From contig OZ037839.1 of the NCBI GenBank assembly GCA_964035575.1, positions 496,001-560,000 on the forward strand: DNA of 64,000 nucleotides, given 5' to 3'. The translations under genes and the position numbers were made by a program. The DNA comes from Rhynchopus sp. YZ270_cl-10. Taxonomy: Eukaryota. The notes under the pieces were generated by a model. It had not been told where the DNA came from and did not search any database. It saw only the letters and a program-made list of their open reading frames with translations. Below are positions 32,711-43,390 of this stretch, one piece after another (position 1 is the stretch's first letter; every line of letters begins with the position of its first letter).

Positions 32711-33948
32711 GCTGATCAAGCAGGTTAGCCAATGAGGCACTATTTTTAGAAGAAGAAAGCAGGGAGCGGAGGGAGGGAAAGCTTTTTGATAAAAATTAGC
32801 GAAATACAAAAACCAGCGCGTGTGGAAGAAACAAGGAGAGGAAAATATTTTTTCTGATTCAAAGTGGTGTTTACGTTTTGGGTACGGGGCGGAGAATAAA
32901 GTGAAGTTATTAATGCAGGCACCTCCGACTGACCCACGTACGATGCCAGCCATCCGGATGAAAGCACAAGTACCCTGCGGCCAACAACAGAAGATGTAAA
33001 AAGGAAACCTAATGACTGGCCCGTACCGTAAGAGAACGAGGGCGGTTCACAACCGCTCGACAGCCGGCGGCCCACCTTCCGTTGAAGAGTTGTGAGCTTA
33101 CAGGTACTGCAGTTCGCTGCACCCAACGCTTGATGCACGATAGTCTACACAAGAGAGCAGAAACCCAAAAACACAAAAAGGGGTGGGCGGGGGGGGTCAC
33201 AACATCTCTCTCTTGGCGCCCCATGCTGTACCGACAGTTGGGCCTCACCCTTTCTCTTAGGGATATACATGGACGTCCTTACAGGCAGCACACCGTAACC
33301 CAAAGGCGTGGCAGAGAGACTCCGCAGAGCGACTCTGGCCTGACCGCTGGCCATTTATGCTCCGGGTGCGAGCACCCATCATAGCATAGGGGGGCCAGCC
33401 TGACCCAGCATTTATATACCCTGCCAGGGTGAACTTGCATAAAAGAGGGCAGGAGGGAATAAAATCTGTTCGATAAAAGAAACGCGAGCTTATTGTTTTA
33501 TCTTGTTCACACAAAAACAATGAATGCCTCACACAAAACTGTTTTGGTGGGTGCTGGCTATATAAAACCCTGCACACAACCACGCGAAAAGCCAAAAAAA
33601 GGGGGTTTCCCACATATTTTCCCCTTTACTGTACCCCCACCACCCCAATATACATTACTGACTTAGGCATTTTAAAAATAAAACTCTTCCTTTTTTAGAT
33701 AGATATTCAGTAAAAAGAAACGAAAACAAGGAAAAAAAGAGAGAAAGTTTTTTCGTTGATCGCTCGAATTAGTGTCCCTGAGTGAATGAATCTGGGGAGT
33801 AATTCGGCAAGCACTATCTAAAAACAGAGTTTTATTTTTATATGACGATTCTCGTATATTCAAAAAAAATAGTTTTTCCGACAGAGCTTAGGCCTAGCTA
33901 GGACCCCCCTAGGAATATGCCATGAGTGGGTATTGACACAACCCAAAC

Positions 33949-34401
33949 TCATCCTTGTAGAAGTGTATCGGATTTTATGGCGGATTTGATGTCTTTGTGT
34001 TTTGTGGACTCAGCGGAGGAGGCGGAATGGGACAGAGGGGAGGCACCATCCTCAGGGGTGGTGGTGTCCGCTATCAGTGGAATGGCGTGAGCCGTATCAG
34101 AAGCTTGGAGCGCCTTGCTTTCACGTTCCTTTTCTGCTGTGTGCTCCTCGACGAATTGCTTGTATGTGCTCTGCTTCATGAAATGTCGCAGACTACTGAG
34201 AGGTTGTGGTCGTCCTGCGCCACGTCCGCTGCCGGCAGGACGTTGTGCGCTCTTTGCACCATTGAAGGTGACGGCGCTTGCGTTCAGCTTGTTCGCAGCA
34301 GCCTTGTCTTGAAGCTCCTGCCGGTAGACGCAGGCCCGTTCATCAATCTGGCGTTGTTTGGCGCTGTCCTCACGTTGCCTTTGCCCCTTCCCGAAAGCTC
34401 T
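33949..34401 (-). other. Possible orphan exon or pseudogene (~150 stop-free codons, PAM2-like KLNASAVTF)
   Basis: The frame of track ORF 33949..34179 stays open to 34401, where an in-frame TGA (34402-34404) closes it; GC-rich coding-like composition. Confidence 0.4.
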
Positions 34402-34694
34402 TCACCAGGCTGTGCTAAATACAAATGACATTTCGAAAAAAAAAGAAGAAAAAAACAATATCCCTGAAAAAAGAGGAGTAGGGGAGAAAGGGAGAAAGGG
34501 GTTGAATGGGTTTATATATGGATGCGTGAGTGGGGGGCGTGGGTGGTCTTGTCGTCTGACAGGGTATCGATAGTGAGAAGTAGTGTATATTTCTCTGTCA
34601 ATTTCTGATAAAATAAAATGGATGATTTGTGTGGGATGGAGTGAAAAATACGCACGCAACAAAGTGGAATGGCATGAAGCATGCAAGTGGAATG

Positions 34695-36405
34695 TGTGGG
34701 GTTTATGATCGTACTCCTAGTGGTCAAAAGAAATCAAAATAAAAAACAATAACAACAAAGGGAGAGTGAGGGAGGAATCAGTTATCAATTGGCACCGTTA
34801 GTGCGAAATGTACGTGCGGGGAGGAGCTAGAGTGGGGAAAACGGAAAAAGCGAAAAATGAATTTTTTCTGCTGAAAATGGTGGTATTTTGTTTTTCCCAG
34901 CCCTCCCCGGTTCCTACCCTGCCAAAGCAGGAGGTAAAAAGAAATAGCAGCCCGACGCCCACCTTTTTTGTTTAAAGTACTCTCAAACCCCACATAACGC
35001 ACTTCCAGTGCCTTACAGTGCTGCTATATGAAGTGAAGTGAAGTGAAGTGAAGTGAAGTGAAGTGAAGTGAAGTGAAGTGAAGTGAAGTGAAGTGAAGTG
35101 AAGTGAAGTGAAGTGAAGTGAAGTGAAGTGAAGTGAAGTGAAGTGAAGTGAAGTGAAGTGAAGTGAAGTGAAGTGAAGTGAAGTGAAGTGAAGTGAAGTG
35201 AAGTGAAGTGAAGTGAAGTGAAGTGAAGTGAAGTGAAGTGAAGTGAAGTGAAGTGAAGTGAAGTGAAGTGAAGTGAAGTGAAGTGAAGTGAAGTGAAGTG
35301 AAGTGAAGTGAAGTGAAGTGAAGTGAAGTGAAGTGAAGTGAAGTGAAGTGAAGTGAAGTGTGGGGTTTATGATCGTACTCCTAGTGGTCAAAAGAAATCA
35401 AAATAAAAAACAATAACAACAAAGGGAGAGTGAGGGAGGAATCAGTTATCAATTGGCACCGTTAGTGCGAAATGTACGTGCGGGGAGGAGCTAGAGTGGG
35501 GAAAACGGAAAAAGCGAAAAATGAATTTTTTCTGCTGAAAATGGTGGTATTTTGTTTTTCCCAGCCCTCCCCGGTTCCTACCCTGCCAAAGCAGGAGGTA
35601 AAAAGAAATAGCAGCCCGACGCCCACCTTTTTTGTTTAAAGTACTCTCAAACCCCACATAACGCACTTCCAGTGCCTTACAGTGCTGCTATATGTGGGGT
35701 TTATGATCGTACTCCTAGTGGTCAAAAGAAATCAAAATAAAAAACAATAACAACAAAGGGAGAGTGAGGGAGGAATCAGTTATCAATTGGCACCGTTAGT
35801 GCGAAATGTACGTGCGGGGAGGAGCTAGAGGGCCAGGATTCCCAGCTCCCCCGGCAGCTCCCGCAGGACGCTGGTGGGGACACTGGTGGTCTTTAAGGGA
35901 AGCACACTCTTTACGGCGTCCGGCGCCCTTTCCATTGCTTCCGCCACCTCCTTCGACACCCGCAGAGACCACCAATCGCGTGTCTCGAAGTCAGCCAAAA
36001 AGGCTTCCATCGTGCGGGGAGGAGCTAGAGTGGGGAAAACGGAAAAAGCGAAAAATGAATTTTTTCTGCTGAAAATGGTGGTATTTTGTTTTTCCCAGCC
36101 CTCCCCGGTTCCTACCCTGCCAAAGCAGGAGGTAAAAAGAAATAGCAGCCCGACGCCCACCTTTTTTGTTTAAAGTACTCTCAAACCCCACATAACGCAC
36201 TTCCAGTGCCTTACAGTGCTGCTATATGAAGTGAAGTGAAGTGAAGTGAAGTGAAGTGAAGTGAAGTGAAGTGAAGTGAAGTGAAGTGAAGTGAAGTGAA
36301 GTGAAGTGAAGTGAAGTGAAGTGAAGTGAAGTGAAGTGAAGTGAAGTGAAGTGAAGTGAAGTGAAGTGAAGTGAAGTGAAGTGAAGTGAAGTGAAGTGAA
36401 GTGAA
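34695..36405. repeat. Three tandem copies of a ~335-bp unit with (GAAGT)n microsatellites at 35030-35360 and 36228-36405
   Basis: Essentially identical units start at ~34695, ~35359 and ~35693; the third copy carries a 180-bp insertion. Confidence 0.95.
35831..36010 (-). other. 180-bp insertion with perfect 20-bp TSD; reads as 60 open codons from ATG
   Basis: cgtgcggggaggagctagag at 35811-35830 and 36011-36030; the two sister units show the empty site. Confidence 0.9.
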
Positions 36406-36601
36406 GAGAGTTGACGTGAAGGGCACGCAGGGAGCACAAAAGGAACTGTGCCCTTGATCCGACCCCAAAGAAGTGTCCAATGAAGGTGGGTGGTACAGTG
36501 GGGATGATTTCTTCCTCACTCAATAAAACACTACTCGACCCGCCCAAACACACACAATAATCCTAACACCCCAATTCCCACGCCCGCTTTCTTTATTGCC
36601 C

Positions 36602-38650
36602 CTAAAAACCAATGTCACCTAGTCTGCTGCGTACAACGTTGCTACACTTGTCCATTCCGTCGACTTTCGACAATGGGCAGTAGGAGAGAAAATCATCACC
36701 AATCGTGGTGACTGCTTGCAGGCCGGTGAAGTCCACTTTCGACAACGTTGTGCAGTTGGAGAGAAACGCGTCACCAATCGTGGTGACTGCTCGCAGGCCG
36801 GTGAAGTCCACTTCCGACAACCATGTGCAGTTGTAGAGAAACCAGTCACCAATCGTGGTGACTGATTGCAGGCCGGTGAAGTCCACTTCCGAAAACGATT
36901 TGCAGTGGGAGAGAAAATTGTCACCAATCGTGGTGACTGCTTGCAGGCCGGTGAAGTCCACTTTCGACAACGATGTGCAGGAGGAGAGAAACCTGTCACC
37001 AATCGTGGTGACTGCTTGCAGGCCGGTGAAGTCCACTTTCGACAACGTTGTGCAGTTGGAGAGAAACGCGTCACCAATCGTGGTGACTGCTCGCAGGCCG
37101 GTGAAGTCCACTTCCGACAACCATGTGCAGTTGTAGAGAAACCAGTCACCAATCGTGGTGACTGATTGCAGGCCGGTGAAGTCCACTTCCGAAAACGATT
37201 TGCAGTGGGAGAGAAAATTGTCACCAATCGTGGTGACTGCTTGCAGGCCGGTGAAGTCCACTTTCGACAACGTTGTGCAGTTGGAGAGAAACGCGTCACC
37301 AATCGTGGTGACTGCTCGCAGGCCGGTGAAGTCCACTTCCGACAACCATGTGCAGTTGTAGAGAAACCAGTCACCAATCGTGGTGACTGATTGCAGGCCG
37401 GTGAAGTCCACTTCCGAAAACGATTTGCAGTGGGAGAGAAAATTGTCACCAATCGTGGTGACTGCTTGCAGGCCGGTGAAGTCCACTTTCGACAACGATG
37501 TGCAGGAGGAGAGAAACCTGTCACCAATCGTGGTGACTGCTTGCAGGCCGGTGAAGTCCACTTTCGACAACGTTGTGCAGTTGGAGAGAAACGCGTCACC
37601 AATCGTGGTGACTGCTCGCAGGCCGGTGAAGTCCACTTCCGACAACCATGTGCAGTTGTAGAGAAACCAGTCACCAATCGTGGTGACTGATTGCAGGCCG
37701 GTGAAGTCCACTTCCGAAAACGATTTGCAGTGGGAGAGAAAATTGTCACCAATCGTGGTGACTGCTTGCAGGCCGGTGAAGTCCACTTTCGACAACGTTG
37801 TGCAGTTGGAGAGAAACGCGTCACCAATCGTGGTGACTGCTCGCAGGCCGGTGAAGTCCACTTCCGACAACCATGTGCAGTTGTAGAGAAACCAGTCACC
37901 AATCGTGGTGACTGATTGCAGGCCGGTGAAGTCCACTTCCGAAAACGATTTGCAGTTGTAGAGAAAATCATCACCAATCGTGGTGACTGCTTGCAGGCCG
38001 GTGAGGTCCACTTTCGACAACGATGTGCAGGAGGAGAGAAACCTGTCACCAATCGTGGTGACTGCTTGCAGGCCGGTGAAGTCCACTTCCGACAACGTTG
38101 TGCAGGAGAGAAACCAGTCACCAATCGTGGTGACTGCTTGCAGGCCTGTGAGGTCCACTTTCGACAACGATTTGCAGGAGTAGAGAAAACTGTCACCAAT
38201 CGTGGTGACGCAGGGTAATGCAGGCAGGTGCAGTGTGATGCCACAGTTGTCATCCACATTGGGTACGCAACTGAAACCAATGCGCATTACGGCACTACAT
38301 GAGAAGAAGTCTTCTGGAATCTCAGTCGCAACTTCTGCCTGAAGAAGCAAGCTGGCCACCTTCGGATCCTCCACCTGCTGCAACCTTTCTGCTGTGATGT
38401 TTGTCTCACCCAATGCATGAAGAGCTGATATGGCTTCGTACTTCATCGACTTCGTCAACACGACTGTGTCTCCAGCACTCAGTTCTGTGATGTCCTCTCC
38501 TTCCTCCTTCCCTCCGAAGCCCATGCGGAAGCTGTCTTCGCACAACCCTGTTGCAGACGCCACCTTCTGCCGCATCGTCTCCGTTGTGTCGTTCTCACCC
38601 ACCTCAATCACAAATTTGTTTTCATCATATCCCTGCACACACAGTTCCAT
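36602..38650 (-). CDS. Ubiquitin-like + BspA-type LRR protein copy B with 21 near-perfect 25-aa repeats
   Basis: Start MELCVQGYD at 38650; repeat TTIGDxFLxxCxxLSxVDFTGLxxV; 75-bp DNA periodicity. Confidence 0.9.
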   Translation of the reverse strand: MELCVQGYDENKFVIEVGENDTTETMRQKVASATGLCEDSFRMGFGGKEEGEDITELSAGDTVVLTKSMKYEAISALHALGETNITAERLQQVEDPKVASLLLQAEVATEIPEDFFSCSAVMRIGFSCVPNVDDNCGITLHLPALPCVTTIGDSFLYSCKSLSKVDLTGLQAVTTIGDWFLSCTTLSEVDFTGLQAVTTIGDRFLSSCTSLSKVDLTGLQAVTTIGDDFLYNCKSFSEVDFTGLQSVTTIGDWFLYNCTWLSEVDFTGLRAVTTIGDAFLSNCTTLSKVDFTGLQAVTTIGDNFLSHCKSFSEVDFTGLQSVTTIGDWFLYNCTWLSEVDFTGLRAVTTIGDAFLSNCTTLSKVDFTGLQAVTTIGDRFLSSCTSLSKVDFTGLQAVTTIGDNFLSHCKSFSEVDFTGLQSVTTIGDWFLYNCTWLSEVDFTGLRAVTTIGDAFLSNCTTLSKVDFTGLQAVTTIGDNFLSHCKSFSEVDFTGLQSVTTIGDWFLYNCTWLSEVDFTGLRAVTTIGDAFLSNCTTLSKVDFTGLQAVTTIGDRFLSSCTSLSKVDFTGLQAVTTIGDNFLSHCKSFSEVDFTGLQSVTTIGDWFLYNCTWLSEVDFTGLRAVTTIGDAFLSNCTTLSKVDFTGLQAVTTIGDDFLSYCPLSKVDGMDKCSNVVRSRLGDIGF

Positions 38651-39932
38651 TGTTTCGAGTGAAGTGTTGCTCTGTTTTGGGGTAAGTGTTGAGAAGGAGG
38701 AGGAGGGAGGCAAGATACAAGAAAATAGGGGGATAACATGCTCGAGAGACTCGGGGTTGGCAAAGGAGAACTCTGTGGGATAAAGAGGGGAGAAGTTCAT
38801 CAAAAGGAAAATAGCCGCACAAAAGCTTGAAAAAGGCTGAACACTAACTCTCCCAAAAGTAGTACGTTGCATTCGGTTAATGATCTCTCTTTGTACTGTG
38901 CTTTGAAAAGCGTTGGTCCAGAAAAAGATCCACATTTATTCTGGACAAAATAACTTTTTCGAAGCACGATAATTTGTATCAACCGAAATGGCAGACAGGA
39001 CGTCTAAAAGGCACTCCTGAGATTTACCACACCCTGGCTAGGACGGGCGCTTCACACCAGGAGCCTAACACAACCAAAGGGGCCACCCCATGGGCTAGGA
39101 CCGACTCCGGTCATGCAGCTCACAACTGACAAATAATAAACAACAGCGGAACAGTTGTGAAGGCTAAGGGCTAAGTCCGATGCGGGTAAGACGCAGAAGC
39201 CGACATCAACACCACCATCCACACACGAAAGGTCTGGAACGATCTTGTCTCTAGGCGGAAGTTGTATCGGAGCTCCGCACGAATGTCTCGGAGTCCTAGG
39301 TGCCCCAGTATCACCCCAGGTGCGCAGTGAAGGTGGGGAAAGAGAAGCAGGGGAGGGCGGCAACAGCAGCAGCAACCACAACGTGTGTGCAGTGGTCGAC
39401 GTGCTCAGCGAAAAGATTTTTCAAGAATGAAGAAGCTTTTTGAATCAATAAACAAATAGGGACAACAGTTGTCAACTCCCACCAATTCTTTTTTTTTTTT
39501 TTTTTTACATATCTTCCAGGCTCTCCGCTAGGATTTCCGATTTTGAAAATATTCTGTTGATGGTCCACGTTGGTGGGGTACATGCTTGCGCCGCAGGCGC
39601 ACGGTACGCAACTTTTTTTTTTACCAACGCCCGATTTTGACTTTTTTGGGACGTTTGAGCACTCACCTCTCCATATCTTCTTCTCCTGAGCTTTTTTGAC
39701 AGGTAGAACGGGTCTGAACCACTTAGCAGAACTTTTTTTTTTTTTTCTTTTTTTCCCCATTTTCAAAAAGTTCTGTTGACAATCAACAGAACTTTAGTAC
39801 CTAGCGGAGTGCCTGATATCTTCTCGGCTTTTTTGCTTTTCTAAAAAGCTCTTTTTTATTGTTTTTTTTTGAAAACTTGGTTGTATCAGTGTAGCCACCC
39901 TAGAGTGTGCTCCACTATATATATTTTTTTTT

Positions 39933-42161
39933 GAGAAAAGTTCGATTTCGGCCTCGAAAATTACCGTGACACCGATTTGTCACGGAATTTTGTCACGGAA
40001 TTTTTTTGAAAGATTCGATTTCGTGACAAAAAAAAATCGATTTCGTGACAAACCAATTTTTTCATTGACACACAAAATTCGATTTCGTGACAAACCGATT
40101 TTTTCATTGACAAAAAAAAATTCGATTTCGTGACAAATCCAAAAATTCAGTGACAAAAAAATGTCAATGAAAAAATGGATTTTGTCAAGGAAACCGAACT
40201 TTTTGTCAAGGAAAAAGTCGTGACAGAAATGGATTTTGTCAAGGAAACCAAACTTTTTGTCACGGAAAAAGTCGTGACAGGGCACTGGGTACTGGGTACA
40301 CTGGATACAAGGATAAAAGTCGTGAAAGAGCAACCACAGCTCCACATGACAAACACAAAAGTGTCCAGTCACGTGGGGCATTCATGCACTGAGGAGATAA
40401 TGATCCAACAATTTACAAGAAAGATTACTTAACCTACTGCTGGAAATTGCCAGGTCGTAGTAACACACAAAGTGTGCCTCCGTTCGGGAAGACCGGATAT
40501 TCTAGAGACCAAAAAGGCCTCAAGAATATCTTCCGGTAGTCAAGGTATAACCGAATGAACGGCCCAAGACCCCCGTGGAGAAGTTAAATGTGTAATGCTA
40601 TCAGGTAGAAACTGCGAACACTGTCTTACCCTCCTCAATGCATGGTGGAAGATGTCTTTACAACAAATATCCTGTACCCAGGTACCAGGTTCCCAGACCC
40701 ACGTAGTACCACGTCGCAGTACTACGCAAAATTTACCACCAGACCCTGTCTTCGTGCACCTGAAGTACAACGCCGCAGACAGGCCAAACATGCGTTGGAC
40801 TCAGAGGAATGCCTGCTGTGCAGTGTATCAATGAGAACCAACTCCCAGCAACAAGGGGCGCCTTTTGGCGGGCGTTGTTGAGGGTGTTTGGGGTGCAAAG
40901 TTTTCCACAATTTTGATGCGCGGGTACAGAAGTGTTATCTTGTTCTTTCATCTCTAGGAATGTAAATGTCAATCGCGTTTAACTACCACTAGGGCTTGTT
41001 CAGTGAACCCACGAGGGGTCGAAGGGGGTTGGTTATCCCGTATCTATCAAAGGTTGTGTCGACCAGGCTAAACCACTATGTTACGCTGTACGTTGTTAAA
41101 TCCGAAGAAATAACACTTTAGCAGCCGCAGGAAGTTTGCTAAAAAGAGTGCCTCACGCTACACAAACCACCACCCGCGATTGACTTAGATGTTATAACAA
41201 AGAGAATTCAGAACAAAACAACACCCTGCCCCATACACACTAAATTGTCATGCTTCAAGAGCATGCCTGGGCCAAAATTACTATGACGAAAAGGCAACAA
41301 GACCACCCACAAGGAGTGTGAATTGTGCACTGGTTTTCTGGGGGAACAAACAATATTTTCTTGTGTCTAGTCCTCCGGAAGCAGAGGACAGACTTTCCGG
41401 AAGGTTTCCAAAGTCGAATTTCTTGCACTAGCTATGCTCCCTGGTTAATGGCTATAGCAGTGACTGACAAAGTGTTCCCACCCCCCTTTCCACCACCATA
41501 ATAACCGAACTCTGCTTATCAAACCACAATCTGAATCTGCTTCCGTCGCATGCGCTGGTGGATTCGATCTGTTTTGGTGTGTGTAATGGAATGTATGGGT
41601 GAGGGTTGGGGTATTAGGTATAGAAACTTGCGCACCCATTAATTTTTTACCGAATGAAAATGAAATCTGCAATGAGTGTCTGCTGCATATCATTTAGTGG
41701 GGCTGGCCTCTGGCCAGAGGCGTGCAAGCCTGACCGTGTTCGCGATATACTAAGTCTTGCATAATCATAAAGTTATCATACCTTGTGTCTTCAGTCTCTG
41801 CCCTTAGGTTTCTAGACAGCTCAAGAATGGCCTCTTTTGTGTTTGTCAAGTGGCTGTCTGGTCACTTTTCAGTGACTGGCGGGTTGGCTGTCACGACTTT
41901 TTCCTTGACAAAATCCATTTTTTTCAATGACATTTTTTTGTCAATGAAAAAATGGATTTGTCACGAAATCGAATTTTTTTTTGTCAATGAAAAAAGTCAT
42001 TTGTCACTAAATTGAATTTTGTGTGTCAATGAAAAAATCGGCTTGTCACGAAATCGAACTTTTTTTGTCACGAAATCGAATCTTTCAAAAAAATTCCGTG
42101 ACAAAGTACCGTGACAAATCGGTGTCACGGGTATTTTCGAGGCCGAAATCGAACTTTTCTC
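39933..42161. mobile_element. MULE-like non-autonomous element with long (~330-430 bp) repeat-rich TIRs, inserted in a T run
   Basis: GAGAAAAGTTCGATTTCGGCCTCGAAAAT at 39933 is inverted at 42161; T9 on the left and T10 on the right are compatible with a 9-bp TSD. Confidence 0.8.
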
Positions 42162-43390
42162 TTTTTTTTTTGATAAATTGTTGGAGTAGTGTAGTTGCCT
42201 CGGTTGTGTTGCCACAGTTGTGCAATCAATTTTTAAATTATGTGGGGTTTTATTTTTGTAGACAATCACTGTACCTCACACATAGTGAGATGTGACTCAT
42301 ACACACACATTTCTTTTGCAAAACGTAATGTTTTTTTTTTTAATTTGAATTGAAAAAGCCTTTTAAGGGCAGCATTTTCTTGTTGAAAATTTGGTTGCAA
42401 TCTAAAAATAAAAACAAAAACAAAAGATAGGTATTTTCATGTACCTTCAATTAAAATAGAAAAGCACACAACAAAAGACGTTCCAAAAAATACGAAAAAG
42501 ATAAAGAATATTCTATCTCTCGTAGCTTCGGTCACTTCTCCCTCAACGAATAGTATCCAGCTTTTGCAGCAAAAAAAAAAAAAAAAGAAATCTAAAAAAG
42601 GGAAAGGGGAGAAGGGAAAATGGGGGGCTTTGTATCTATAGCAGTCACCCTTTTTTTTTGCATTTTGGGGAAGGCACTCAATGTTGTTGTGGTTGTTGTC
42701 CTGTGGTATTGTGTTGGCGGGTATTGTTTGTAGTTTCGACAAATCACACTTTTTTTTTTCAAAACTTGGTTGTTTTATTGTAGACACCCGAAGATGAACA
42801 CCACTATACTTTCCAGTCACCTTTATTTTTTTCCCTTCTTGGGGTGTGGGTTCTTTTGTCGTTTTTTTTATATACACTTATGTCCAGAGGGTGTTAGGAA
42901 CTGGGGCGCAGTTTTAAGAAACCCTACACCCGTTTGTCAGATTACCTGCATTCGTCAAAAAAGTATACTATTGGGGGGAAAAAAACCCCCCTAGCCCTGG
43001 GGGATGGGAAATATCTAATTCTTGGGTAGATTATTTGAAGCAGAAAACGTGTTCAGTCTCAGATAACACCCTGCTACTCCAATATGAGCTAATTCTACTT
43101 TTTTCCTTGGATAAAAAAATTTCTTTTTTTTTTTGGGGGGGGGGAGCAGGGTTTCCGCCAGGATTTGGGGTTTCAGAAATTGGTGGCCAAGTGTACACTC
43201 CCGAATCCCTGTAAAAATCCAAATTTTTCCGGGAAAAATATTGGGGTGTACCAAAGTACACCCCGGTACACCTTGGCGGAAACCCTGGGGAGAGGGGAAA
43301 TTCTAATAAAAAATTGAAAGGTGCAAAACGCCTTTGCAAAACGCGCAAAAAGCAAAAAGGAAAAATCTAATGACAAAAGGGGGGTCTCTC

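Noticed and set aside
34972..35391. (LHFTS)n ORFs
   Set aside because: Translation of the (GAAGT)n microsatellite.
36619..38280. 553-aa alternative-frame ORF over LRR copy B
   Set aside because: Expected shadow of a stop-free 75-bp repeat; no independent protein features.
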